Assembly (NCBI GenBank): GCA_046598345.1
Contig: JBKJIT010000004.1
Span: 329,226-393,225, forward strand
Direction of reading: 5' to 3'
From: Minisyncoccia bacterium
Lineage (GTDB): Bacteria > Patescibacteriota > Minisyncoccia > Phycocordibacterales > UBA918
DNA length: 64,000 bases
In this document: positions 47,030 through 56,164 of the stretch, piece after piece
How the letters are laid out: each line of letters begins with the position of its first letter
How positions within the stretch are numbered: position 1 is the first letter of the stretch
Position numbers and translations under genes: made by a program
The notes under the pieces: model-generated
The model's input: only the letters and a program-made list of their open reading frames with translations
The model's database searches: none
What the model was told of the DNA's origin: nothing

Positions 47030-48037
47030 TTATATATTAAATAAGGGATTGATAATTCCAAGTCCTGCGAGCCCTGCAAGAAGTGCGAAGAGACCAAGAC
47101 CTATGACTACAACACCAGCAGATTTGAAGAATAAAGGAGCGTGTTTCCCGTGAGCAAATGATGCCGACCCAAATGAAAGGAGCAGGAGCATTGGCAATGT
47201 TCCAAGGGCGAATGCGAGCATGAGAAACAGTCCTGAGATGAAAGAACCACTTCCCAGTGCAGAAACTTGCATAGACTGAGTAAATCCACAAGGCAAGAAG
47301 AAAGTGGCAAACCCGAGAATTAACGGTGTAAAAGTTTTATGTTCAATTCTCCTGAAAAAATTAAACACCCCTGACGGTAATGTAATCTTGTTCTTGGCGA
47401 AAATACCTACCAGATTGAAACCGAGCAGTAACATTACCAAAGATGCCATGATCCCCAATATCGCCGTAAAAGTGAAATTAATACCAATGGCACTTCCCAC
47501 TGCTCCAAGTACGCCTCCCAATACTGCAAAGCTAACGAGTCTGCCCACATGGAAAAGCAAGAATGTTTTTGTGTCACTTTCATTGTCCTGTGATATTTTT
47601 GCAGACAGTGACAGGATCAAACCACCAACAATAGCAAGGCAACTTGATACAGAGGCGATTAGACCAATGATAAAGCTTGTTAGGGGGGTGATTTGACCTC
47701 CTATTCCAAGATTCAATATCCCCGATTTCTGCAAAAGGAAGAACAGGGCAAGGAATGCAAGTCCGACTGGTAGTGCTTTCCAAATAACTCCATCAGTTTG
47801 GTTTTCAGTAATTGATTTTTCAACTGACAGAACGTAACCGTTTTTCTGAATCTTACTGGTAAGAATTTTTGCTAATTCGAGAGAACTCTGATCGCTATCA
47901 GTTTCTATTGTTACCGTCTCGTTCTTTAGATCAACATGAGCACTTTTAATGAAGTCTTGCTCGATCAAGATACCCTCGATTAAGATTTTGCACGATGCAC
48001 AGTTGGTGCCTGTAACATGGAGAGTGTAAGTATTCAT
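47030..48037 (-). CDS. HMA (CopZ-like, CxxC) domain fused to DsbD/CcdA-like polytopic membrane domain
   Basis: LHVTGTNCASCKILIE (HMA), then ~8 TM with conserved membrane Cys (SVSSCLAIVGG, FFLPCGF). Start overlaps the copA stop. Confidence 0.6.
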   Translation of the reverse strand: MNTYTLHVTGTNCASCKILIEGILIEQDFIKSAHVDLKNETVTIETDSDQSSLELAKILTSKIQKNGYVLSVEKSITENQTDGVIWKALPVGLAFLALFFLLQKSGILNLGIGGQITPLTSFIIGLIASVSSCLAIVGGLILSLSAKISQDNESDTKTFLLFHVGRLVSFAVLGGVLGAVGSAIGINFTFTAILGIMASLVMLLLGFNLVGIFAKNKITLPSGVFNFFRRIEHKTFTPLILGFATFFLPCGFTQSMQVSALGSGSFISGLFLMLAFALGTLPMLLLLSFGSASFAHGKHAPLFFKSAGVVVIGLGLFALLAGLAGLGIINPLFNI

Positions 48038-48039
48038 GA

Positions 48040-50334
48040 TTATAGTTTTTTAGCCTTAATACGAAGTGAGTTCGACACCACTGATACACTCGACATTGCC
48101 ATGGCAAAGCCAGCAAAGATTGGATTAAGTAGCCAGCCAAAGATTGGGTAGAAGAGACCAGCCGCAAGTGGGATACCTACAATGTTATAAATGAAAGCCC
48201 AGAAAAGATTTTGCTTGATTCCTCGCATCGTTATCTTTGAGAGCTTGATTGCTTTCACAAGCTTTGAAATATCCCCACCGAGAAGCGTGATGCCCGCAGA
48301 CTCTATTGCCACATCGGTACCTGTTCCCATGGCAATACCAACATCAGCCTGAGCGAGCGCGGGCGCGTCATTTACGCCATCACCTGCCATTGCAACCACA
48401 CGACCTTGCGATTGCAGCTCTTTAATCTTTTGCAGTTTATCCTGTGGCAAAACATGAGCGACAACGTCATCAATGCCCACGAGAGACGCAATATACTTTG
48501 CAGCCTTTTCATCATCTCCGGTAAGCATAACAACTTTGATGCCGAGTGCGTGAAGGTTTTTTATAGCCTCTACTGACTCTGCTTTGATTTCATCTGCTAC
48601 CATTACGAAACCAAGAACTTGTTTCTTAGTAGCAAGGATAACAGGAGTTTTGCCTTGTGAAGTGAACTCATTGAGTCTTTCTCCATCAAACGAAAGTCCA
48701 AGATCGCTTACAAGCTTTGCATTGCCGACAAAGTATTCTGTGCCGTTGATTGTTCCCGTAAGGCCTTTGCCTTGTATACCCTCAAAACCTGACACCTCGG
48801 AAATAGATACATCTTTCTCTTCCGCATAGTTCACGATCGCATGGGCGATTGGATGTTCCGACTTCTTCTCCAGTGAAGCAAGGATTGAAATCAATTCACT
48901 ATCTTTTAAATTTGAAAGATTTTGTATATCTACCAGAGTAGGTTTGCCTTTGGTGATTGTTCCTGTCTTGTCCACAACGACCGTATTCACCTTATGAAGC
49001 TTTTCAAGCGTTGCAGCATCTTTAATGAGAATGCCCTCTTTAGCACCTTTTCCGACTCCCACAATAATTGCCGTTGGCGTTGCGAGTCCGAGAGCACAAG
49101 GACAAGCGATAACAAGTATGCCCACAAATGAAACGAGCCCGAATGAGAGTGCTTGAGAAAAACCTAAGTATTGTGACCCAATAATGAGCCATGCACCAAG
49201 GGTAAGGAAAGCAATCACGAGCACAATAGGTACAAAGATTGCTGATATTTTATCTGCCAATGCCTGTATCGGAGCCTTGCTTCCCTGTGCCTCTTCAACC
49301 ATTTTTATAATCTGAGCGAGAAGTGTTTCAGACCCAACTTTAGTAGCCTGAAACGTAAACGAACCGCTTGTATTAATTGTTCCTGACACAACACTATCTC
49401 CAATCTTCTTCTGTGCTGGCATCGGCTCCCCAGTAACCATAGATTCATCAATAAACGAACTTCCGTCGGTTATGACACCGTCTACAGGAATTTTTGCTCC
49501 TGGCTTCACGGTAATGTGATCGCCATGCTTTACTTCGTCCACTCTAATCTCTACTTCTTTTCCATCTCGTATAACCAATGCTGTTTTAGCTTGGAGATTG
49601 AGAAGCTTTTCAATAGCATCACCTGTTTTTATTTTTGAGCGAGCTTCAAGATATTTACCAAGTGCAATAAAGGTAATGACTACAATTGTTACGTCGTAAT
49701 ATTGATATTCCACATTTATGAACGGACTAAGAACATCTTCAAATGCACTGACTGCGAAACTGTATAAAAAGGCAGCAACGGTACCGATACCGATAAGCGT
49801 ATCCATATTTGCTTTTCCATATCGCAAGAATCTATAAAAACCAAGGAGGTACGGCTTCCCCACAACAAATAGAATATAGGTAGCAAAGATTGGGAGAAGA
49901 TGGTGGAAGAACTCCTTGAGGGTGTAGCTCATTGCGGGAACATTGCTGTACTCTGCGAGAATGTCCCAGCCCATAACGAATGCCGCAAAAATTGCGAGCG
50001 GTATAGCTGAAACAACTTTCGTTCTCATATCACTAACTTCAGCAAGCTTCTCCTTCTTGGACTGATTAAGCCCCAAATGAGCTGCATGCTCGTCAAGAGA
50101 CATACCCATCTCTTCGGCAGAAGCTGGAACATCAAGCGAATACCCGAGAGGCTCTATATGCTTCGATAAATCGTGCGGATTTGTTTTTGAAGGGTCGAAA
50201 GAGACTTTTGCTTTTTCCGTACCATAGTTCACCTCCGCAGAATGAACACCTTCAACCTTCTTAAAGGTCTTCTCGATTACCGATGAGCATGAAGCACAAT
50301 GCATTCCTTTTACTTTGTATGTTTGTGTATGCAT
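48040..50334 (-). CDS. copA: Copper-translocating P1B-type ATPase (CopA)
   Basis: N-terminal HMA GMHCASC, TM CPC motif (ACPCALGLATP), DKTGTIT phosphorylation site, GDGVNDAPAL hinge. Confidence 0.9.
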   Translation of the reverse strand: MHTQTYKVKGMHCASCSSVIEKTFKKVEGVHSAEVNYGTEKAKVSFDPSKTNPHDLSKHIEPLGYSLDVPASAEEMGMSLDEHAAHLGLNQSKKEKLAEVSDMRTKVVSAIPLAIFAAFVMGWDILAEYSNVPAMSYTLKEFFHHLLPIFATYILFVVGKPYLLGFYRFLRYGKANMDTLIGIGTVAAFLYSFAVSAFEDVLSPFINVEYQYYDVTIVVITFIALGKYLEARSKIKTGDAIEKLLNLQAKTALVIRDGKEVEIRVDEVKHGDHITVKPGAKIPVDGVITDGSSFIDESMVTGEPMPAQKKIGDSVVSGTINTSGSFTFQATKVGSETLLAQIIKMVEEAQGSKAPIQALADKISAIFVPIVLVIAFLTLGAWLIIGSQYLGFSQALSFGLVSFVGILVIACPCALGLATPTAIIVGVGKGAKEGILIKDAATLEKLHKVNTVVVDKTGTITKGKPTLVDIQNLSNLKDSELISILASLEKKSEHPIAHAIVNYAEEKDVSISEVSGFEGIQGKGLTGTINGTEYFVGNAKLVSDLGLSFDGERLNEFTSQGKTPVILATKKQVLGFVMVADEIKAESVEAIKNLHALGIKVVMLTGDDEKAAKYIASLVGIDDVVAHVLPQDKLQKIKELQSQGRVVAMAGDGVNDAPALAQADVGIAMGTGTDVAIESAGITLLGGDISKLVKAIKLSKITMRGIKQNLFWAFIYNIVGIPLAAGLFYPIFGWLLNPIFAGFAMAMSSVSVVSNSLRIKAKKL

Positions 50335-50337
50335 ATA

Positions 50338-50613
50338 TTATTTTCTCTTTAGCTTATACACTTTTAAAATTTCTTGTTTAGCTTTCTCAGTCTGCCCAGC
50401 CTTCACTTGGTTCAAAATACATCCACCTAGATGATTCTCGAGTAGTAAGTCTTCAACATTTGAAAGACCTTGTTTTACTGCTGATGTTTGTGTGATTACG
50501 TCTATACAGTATGTGTCACTTTCAATCATCTTTTGCAGACCTCGAACTTGACCCTCAAGAAGCTTGAGTCTGCGAATAATTTTTCCTTTATTTTTATCTT
50601 CCATATATTTCAT
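50338..50613 (-). CDS. csoR: CsoR/RcnR-family copper-sensing transcriptional repressor
   Basis: IIRRLKLLEGQVRGLQKMIESDTYCIDVITQTSAVKQGL...LENHLGGCI (Cys/His/Cys metal ligands). Start MKYMEDKN; the ORF-track N-extension is a translation of the operator palindrome. Confidence 0.85.
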   Translation of the reverse strand: MKYMEDKNKGKIIRRLKLLEGQVRGLQKMIESDTYCIDVITQTSAVKQGLSNVEDLLLENHLGGCILNQVKAGQTEKAKQEILKVYKLKRK

Positions 50614-50624
50614 ATGTACTGAGT

Positions 50625-50646
50625 ATATACCCCCTAGGGGGTATAT
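50625..50646. promoter_or_regulatory. Perfect 22-bp palindrome ATATACCCCCTAGGGGGTATAT; candidate CsoR operator / csoR-copA promoter element
   Basis: Begins 11 bp upstream of the csoR ATG (ATG at 50611-50613). GC-core inverted repeat of the TACCC...GGGTA type known for CsoR operators. Confidence 0.6.
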
Positions 50647-50742
50647 TGCAAGTACAACAAAAAGACCATCCACTCGGATGGTCTTTTTGTTTGGATACTA
50701 CTCCAAGCCAGGCGTGAGAAAAGTTTCACTTCGTGCACAGGG

Positions 50743-50813
50743 CTGGGGTACAAGGACTCGAACCTCGATACTCAGGACCAAAACCTGATGTCCTACCATT
50801 AGACGATACCCCA
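50743..50813 (-). tRNA. tRNA-Gln (anticodon UUG)
   Basis: Minus-strand TGGGGTA-TC-GTCTAATGGTAGGAC-A-TCAGG-TTTTGGT-CCTGA-GTAT-CGAGGTTCGAGTCCTTG-TACCCCA-G. Cloverleaf with T-loop GGTTCGAGTCC, closely parallels E. coli tRNA-Gln. CCA not encoded. Confidence 0.8.
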
Positions 50814-50980
50814 GCTCTATGTGCGAATGTATTACACTTTTCTTAATTGAGCGAACGCCGCCTGTATGGCTTTCATGCCATTAGACGATACCCAAAAAAA
50901 TATTTATTTAGGCACTGATTGTGCCGAAATTTAGCTTAAATAGCAATAGGGATATACGCAAACGTGATGTTGTCCTAGGG

Positions 50981-50995
50981 TAACCCCTGGGGTTA
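50981..50995. promoter_or_regulatory. Palindrome TAACCCC-T-GGGGTTA (within cctagggtaacccctggggttatatctctaggg); possible second CsoR-type operator
   Basis: Same ACCCC-N-GGGGT architecture as the csoR operator. 125 bp upstream of the 51121 (+) gene. Confidence 0.3.
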
Positions 50996-51120
50996 TATCT
51001 CTAGGGCAATACAGCCCTTTCTTAAGAGACGCGGATTCTTTGCACTTTTTACCCTCCTGTTTTTTATTCTCATGGTATTCCTCCCCACCACTCCAATAAT
51101 TGAATTGGTATACTAAATGA

Positions 51121-51720
51121 ATGTTTCCCAAAAGCAGTTTTGAGTACAAAACACTCATAAAGCTAAACACCACCGAAAAAATCCAGACCTTTCTCGATTC
51201 AATCCCTTTTAATAATCGTCTCTCGTGTATGTCAGTGCGTCGCGTGCTTGAAAAAAAGCGTGCCCACTGTTTTGAAGGTGCGTTTGTCGCTGCTGCGTGC
51301 CTCGTTCTTATGGGTGAAAAACCAATCATAGTGAGCCTTAAAGTTAAGAAACCAGACGATGATCACATTCTCGTCATCTTTAAGCGAAATGGATTTTATG
51401 GTGCAATGAGTAAAACGAGCCATCCGGTGCTCCGCTATCGCGACCCTGTGTACAAATCAATTCGAGAATTGGTGATGTCGTACTTCCACGAATATTTCCT
51501 TTTTAAAACAGGAGCAAAAACTATGCTTGGATATACGAAACCAATCAATCTAGAAAAATTCGGATTTTGCTGGATCACTGATACAAAGGATCAGTGGGAC
51601 TTAGCAATACACGTTCACGATATGCCAACAACCTCTGTCATTCCCAAACAAAACAAACGATATATACGCACAGTTACTACATTTGAACGCACTGCTCTCG
51701 ACGTACTTGAGTGGAAGTAA
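51121..51720 (+). CDS. Hypothetical protein, possibly transglutaminase-like Cys-His-Asp fold
   Basis: RAHCFEGAFVAAACLVLMG...DDDHILVIFKRNGFYGAMS fits the C...H...D transglutaminase-core pattern loosely. Confidence 0.35.
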   Translation: MFPKSSFEYKTLIKLNTTEKIQTFLDSIPFNNRLSCMSVRRVLEKKRAHCFEGAFVAAACLVLMGEKPIIVSLKVKKPDDDHILVIFKRNGFYGAMSKTSHPVLRYRDPVYKSIRELVMSYFHEYFLFKTGAKTMLGYTKPINLEKFGFCWITDTKDQWDLAIHVHDMPTTSVIPKQNKRYIRTVTTFERTALDVLEWK

Positions 51721-51781
51721 CTAGTAAAGGGCTATCGCATCGCTGCGATAGCCCTAGGTCTTCCATGTTCATCGTACTTGG

Positions 51782-52189
51782 TCACTTCCGCGAGCGGAGC
51801 CAAGGCCAGTCTGGCCACAGTCTCTCTGCCACAACTCGGGAATGTTTGACCGACTCCGGATTAACGGTTCGAGCCATCTTGAGCTCGTTCAGACTCACCT
51901 CTTTTACCCTGAAGGGAGCTGAATGGTACCGAGCAAAATCCGCTTCCCTCAGCACCCCACGCATGTCACAGATCCTCCCATCCGGAGTACGTACTCCAAC
52001 GTGACATATGACATTTCGTCTCGCAGAGAGCTTCTCCCAATCTTTGATAATAGCCACGAGCGGCCACCCGAATTCCTGATGCAGCGCAACGGCAAAGGCG
52101 ACGCATTCACCGTATTCAAACAATTGAACCCGGCTATTTGCGTAAGGGAGATACTCCTGATTACGCCCCATGGAAATTGATGCAGACAT
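51782..52189 (-). CDS. Hypothetical protein (135 aa)
   Basis: Intact ORF, no recognised domain. Confidence 0.4.
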   Translation of the reverse strand: MSASISMGRNQEYLPYANSRVQLFEYGECVAFAVALHQEFGWPLVAIIKDWEKLSARRNVICHVGVRTPDGRICDMRGVLREADFARYHSAPFRVKEVSLNELKMARTVNPESVKHSRVVAERLWPDWPWLRSRK

Positions 52190-52298
52190 CGGTACCTCCT
52201 TTCTTTCAAGGTTGAAATCTATCCGTAGAATGACACAGGTTATAGTATTTGTAAAGCACTATCCGTGAACACTCTATATTCACGCGAGAGATAGTGAA

Positions 52299-52757
52299 TT
52301 ACTTGGGCGACCTAAATATTGGATGCACTGGGTTGTAGTGCTTTGGATCGTGGAGATAACTCATAAAAAACTGTGGGATATTCTGAATCGTTTGCCCCTG
52401 GACGTTAATAAAATCAACTGCCCCTAATTCTTTAGCTCGCTTAATTTTATTTTCTTCAAAAAAATTCGTGAGTATCATTACGGGAATCTCCGCAGTACGT
52501 AAATCAGATTTCAGAGCCTGAATTCCTTCAAATCCATCTCGCTCAGCGGGGCCATCATTTTTGGAGAGCATAATATCCATCGAGATGATATCGGGTGCAA
52601 TCTTACTTACTTCCTCAGGAAAAAAACCGTCGGCATTTTCGAGGAACATTACTTCGAATCCTTTCTGTTCAAACACATCTTTATAAAGAGGCCGATTGTG
52701 TTTATTGTCTTCCACAATCAGTATAAGAACCTTATGCTTACGATCCTTATTTGTCAT
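52299..52757 (-). CDS. Stand-alone response-regulator receiver (CheY-like) domain protein
   Basis: KVLILIVEDNKHNRPLYKDVFE...DIISMDIMLSKNDG...IPVMILT...AKELGAVDF (phospho-acceptor Asp in DIMLS context). Confidence 0.75.
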   Translation of the reverse strand: MTNKDRKHKVLILIVEDNKHNRPLYKDVFEQKGFEVMFLENADGFFPEEVSKIAPDIISMDIMLSKNDGPAERDGFEGIQALKSDLRTAEIPVMILTNFFEENKIKRAKELGAVDFINVQGQTIQNIPQFFMSYLHDPKHYNPVHPIFRSPK

Positions 52758-52829
52758 ACTTTATTTTACCACGATAGAGGCCTTCCTACAGGCTTCCTGT
52801 GCTCAGAATTATGAAGACTTTGCTAATGG

Positions 52830-53108
52830 ATGCTACACTCAAACTATATGAAAACAAAACTTGGTCTCATACTCGCAGGTGCGTATGTTCTTATGGCACT
52901 GTATTTAATAGTGACGCAGGGACTTTTTGGAGAAAGCTTTATTGCAATCCTACTTGGCATGCCGTGGACACTCCTCCTTTCAGCGGTTGAGTTTTTTGGT
53001 ACAAGCGGCGGCGTATTTGGAATTACACTCCTTATTCTCCCCATGGTACTCAACGCCTATTTACTTTACCTAACCGGAAATGCGATTGGACGCCGCCTCG
53101 CGAATTAG
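52830..53108 (+). CDS. Small membrane protein (3 TM)
   Basis: 92-aa hydrophobic ORF. Confidence 0.4.
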   Translation: MLHSNYMKTKLGLILAGAYVLMALYLIVTQGLFGESFIAILLGMPWTLLLSAVEFFGTSGGVFGITLLILPMVLNAYLLYLTGNAIGRRLAN

Positions 53109-53178
53109 CTTCTAGTATACGTAATAAGTGCCTACTGTTTGCACTCTGTGTAAAGAACCATCTCGCCAATGTTAAAAT

Positions 53179-53535
53179 GTGCACATGACCAATTTGTTAC
53201 GAACACCGAAGACTGCTGCAAACTATAACGCCGTGCGCGCAAGTGGTGTTATGGACACAAAGTGTGCTCTTTGTGAGATTGCTCCCATTACACTGTTTAC
53301 CTACTGGAAGATTACTCCTAATAACTTTCCTTTTGATCGCATTGCAGAGACCCATGAAATGGTAGTTCCTATTCGCCACACTACAGAAGACGGACTCACA
53401 CCTGAGGAAATACAAGAATTGCACACGATCAAAAAACGCCACCTCAAAAAATATAATTATATTATAGAAGCAGTCGCCAAATCCATTCCCACACATTTTC
53501 ATTTACACCTTATTGTCGTTAAGGAATTGTCTTGA
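53179..53535 (+). CDS. HIT-family (histidine triad) protein
   Basis: CALCE zinc-knuckle-like N-region and C-terminal HFHLHLIVV histidine triad. Confidence 0.65.
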   Translation: MHMTNLLRTPKTAANYNAVRASGVMDTKCALCEIAPITLFTYWKITPNNFPFDRIAETHEMVVPIRHTTEDGLTPEEIQELHTIKKRHLKKYNYIIEAVAKSIPTHFHLHLIVVKELS

Positions 53536-53704
53536 TCCTCACTGTATCTTCAGTGGGTGTAGTGAAAAAAGAAGGTCTATTAGTATCAAGAGATAGGTGC
53601 GGCGTTTTAAGATGCACGATTATGCGTGTGGTTGACGTTTTAGCATGTATTCACTATGCTGGAGCCAGAAAATCTGAACCGATTGTTGTCCTTAGGAGGC
53701 GAAT

Positions 53705-54079
53705 ATGAAACGTGAACCAAGTACATTGCTCGAAGAATTCCACGCGAACTTTTCTGCTTGGAAAAGCCTTAGCACGCTCAAACCCGCGAATCCCGAGTGG
53801 CTTTCTCGGGACATCAAGAATCTGTACGAACAAATGCTTCATGCTCGACACCTTTTCACCATACGAAACGTAGGTGAGCATGCTGATGCGGATTTTGAAG
53901 GTTTGTTCAAAAATGTGGAGCGAGAATATAAAGAATTCGGGCATGCTGTGCTTGAAGCGATGCAAAGCTCACCCCTAAAGAAAGCCACACGCAAAGACAG
54001 CCCTTCCCCAGCACATTTTCGGCAAGTCACGATAGGTGGTACCACGCTATGGATTAACCTAGACAGAAAATTTGCTTGA
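53705..54079 (+). CDS. Hypothetical protein (124 aa)
   Basis: Intact ORF followed by a strong terminator. Confidence 0.45.
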   Translation: MKREPSTLLEEFHANFSAWKSLSTLKPANPEWLSRDIKNLYEQMLHARHLFTIRNVGEHADADFEGLFKNVEREYKEFGHAVLEAMQSSPLKKATRKDSPSPAHFRQVTIGGTTLWINLDRKFA

Positions 54080-54103
54080 TCTTTCCAGATATACCACCCC
54101 ACA

Positions 54104-54131
54104 AACCGCCCACTCCTGTGGGCGGTTTTTG
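54104..54131 (+). terminator. Rho-independent terminator
   Basis: ccgcccac-tcct-gtgggcgg-ttttt. Confidence 0.65.
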
Positions 54132-54163
54132 CATAGTTCTCATTGGTATATACTTAGATATAT

Positions 54164-54547
54164 ATGGAAGAAATACTTGATACCAAAGAGGAATTCTTGA
54201 TCATCAAACGTGCGAAAAGCTTCACTCATGCGACGAGAGGTCTCTTTGTCTTTCTAAAGACAACCCACAACGCGTGGATTCACCTCACTATTCTTGTATG
54301 TGCGATCGTTCTTGGCATGTACGTAGGCATTTCAAAAACTGAATGGATGTTTCTAGTTATTGCTGCTGGTCTTGTACTTATTTCTGAAGCCTTCAATACT
54401 GCAATTGAGATTGATATCGACCTCACTTCTCCGAACTACCACCCATTCGCAAAGGATACTAAAGATGTAGCGGCGGGGGCAGTACTTATCTCCTCATGTA
54501 CTGCGCTTATTATTGGTCTCTTTATTTTTATACCCTATTTTATATAA
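54164..54547 (+). CDS. dgkA: Diacylglycerol kinase / undecaprenol kinase (DgkA family)
   Basis: 3 TM, SEAFNTAIEIDIDL...HPFAKDTKDVAAGAVL signature. Confidence 0.8.
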   Translation: MEEILDTKEEFLIIKRAKSFTHATRGLFVFLKTTHNAWIHLTILVCAIVLGMYVGISKTEWMFLVIAAGLVLISEAFNTAIEIDIDLTSPNYHPFAKDTKDVAAGAVLISSCTALIIGLFIFIPYFI

Positions 54548-54553
54548 AATAGT

Positions 54554-54925
54554 ATGCAAACGAGAAAGCCTGTAAAAAATGTTGACGCGTACATCAAGCT
54601 ATTTCCAAAGGAGGTGGAGGAGAAACTGAACACCATTCGCTCTCTAATATCAAAAGCTGCACCCGATGCTGCTGAAGGAATAAGTTACCGAATTCCAGCA
54701 TATACGTTAAATGGGATTTTAATATATTTTGCCGCATTCACCGAACACGTGAGCCTCTACCCCTACACAGAAAGTATGTGCCTTACGAAGACTGAACTTG
54801 CTAAATACCAAAGCGGGAAAGGGACACTTAAGTTTGACCTGGAAAAAAAATTGCCCGTAGCCTTCATACGTCGAATTCTTAAAATCCGAATAGGGGAGCA
54901 ACGTAAAAAGACAAAGAAAAAATAA
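54554..54925 (+). CDS. DUF1801 (YdhG-like) domain protein
   Basis: VDAYIKLFPKEVEEKLNTIRSLI...AEGISYRIPAYTLNGILIYFAAFTEHVSLYP. Confidence 0.55.
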   Translation: MQTRKPVKNVDAYIKLFPKEVEEKLNTIRSLISKAAPDAAEGISYRIPAYTLNGILIYFAAFTEHVSLYPYTESMCLTKTELAKYQSGKGTLKFDLEKKLPVAFIRRILKIRIGEQRKKTKKK

Positions 54926-54984
54926 AAAGACCGGCACATGTTTTCACACGCACCGGCCTTGCTGTTCTACTTCCTAGTCCTGGC

Positions 54985-55941
54985 TTACCCCTTTCCGTAG
55001 CCCCAGCAATACTCGGATTGCGGGCTTACGCATTCCGATCCGGTGGATTGTTGCACACCATCACGGTTGTACTTGCGCTTCGGGAACTTTGCATCCGGCT
55101 TCTCGAACTCGATGTTTCCGAGTCCGTAAATGACGAACTGCTGACTGCAGTCCACTCCCGGTTCTGTTTCGTATATTTCCCCACTCACGACAACCTCGAG
55201 CGGTACGCCAGGGAAAACAGGCCACGCAACACCCTGAACTTCGTCCATGGGGTATGTCTTGCCACGAACGCGGTACTGGATGTTACGGATGTCACAGGCT
55301 GGCCAGTTCGTTGAGTAAATGGCAGCCTCGTAGCCCGTTACGAGAGCCTTACCCGCCGTCGCCGAAAATGTGACGGCAGCACCGAAGTTGTTCATCATTC
55401 CCGGCAACGGTGGCACAGGCGACACGCTGTAGTTGAGCGACACACTGGACACATCAAACGTGTCACAATTCTCGCTCATCTCTGCTGTCGTGCTGTCCCC
55501 CGTTTCGAAGCTTGAGTGAACGCCGGTGCTCCATTCAATTCTTTCGCCCTTCACCTTTGTAATGGCGATTCGTACCGGACCATCCATCGGACGCTTGCTG
55601 CTGCCCGTGGTCACCCTGATTTGGAACGACTGGAATTGCGCCCATATAGTGCCAACCAGGTCGAACTTCATGCTGCCCGCGGCCTTCTTTGCAGCCGCAC
55701 CATTCACCACCACTTTGTCGATGAGGTCCAAGCCATCCTCGATCTTGATTTCGACGGAGGTTGTCCTAATATAGGCGTTGTCGACATAAAGGTATGCGTT
55801 CAGCGCCCAAACTGGAACGGTTGTTGGTGCGATCGTGTTGGTGATCGAGAAACAGTACGAGCTATATGCTCCCGCCAAGGAACCGAACGAAATGAGCGCA
55901 AACATTGCACCCACGGCCAAGCCAAGCCATTTTTTCAACAT
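54985..55941 (-). CDS. Secreted hypothetical protein (318 aa)
   Basis: Signal peptide MLKKWLGLAVGAMFALISFGSLAGA, beta-rich, several Cys. Confidence 0.55.
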   Translation of the reverse strand: MLKKWLGLAVGAMFALISFGSLAGAYSSYCFSITNTIAPTTVPVWALNAYLYVDNAYIRTTSVEIKIEDGLDLIDKVVVNGAAAKKAAGSMKFDLVGTIWAQFQSFQIRVTTGSSKRPMDGPVRIAITKVKGERIEWSTGVHSSFETGDSTTAEMSENCDTFDVSSVSLNYSVSPVPPLPGMMNNFGAAVTFSATAGKALVTGYEAAIYSTNWPACDIRNIQYRVRGKTYPMDEVQGVAWPVFPGVPLEVVVSGEIYETEPGVDCSQQFVIYGLGNIEFEKPDAKFPKRKYNRDGVQQSTGSECVSPQSEYCWGYGKG

Positions 55942-56164
55942 TCTATTCCCCTTTCTAGGTTATACAACAAAAAAGTCGTCCGGAGACGCCTTTGAACGAC
56001 TTCTTATATAATAACACACTATTAAGTATTTTGCAAGCTCTAAGCACACCTCATTGCCCTAGCAGCGTGAGTTTTCTAGCTAAGACCCACGGAAAGCTCA
56101 ATGCGGTGATGTTACGTTTCGTGTACGGACTCGTATAGAATACATATATAATCTTGTATAAAAC

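Noticed and set aside
50614-50673. N-terminal 20-aa extension of the csoR ORF (MDGLFVVLAIYPLGGIYSVH)
   Set aside because: The extension is a translation of the operator palindrome itself. The conserved CsoR start MKYMEDKN lies immediately downstream, so 50613 was chosen as the start.
50931-51329. 132-aa minus-strand ORF
   Set aside because: It spans the intergenic palindrome region and overlaps the start of the better-supported 51121 (+) gene. It has no domain or signal features.
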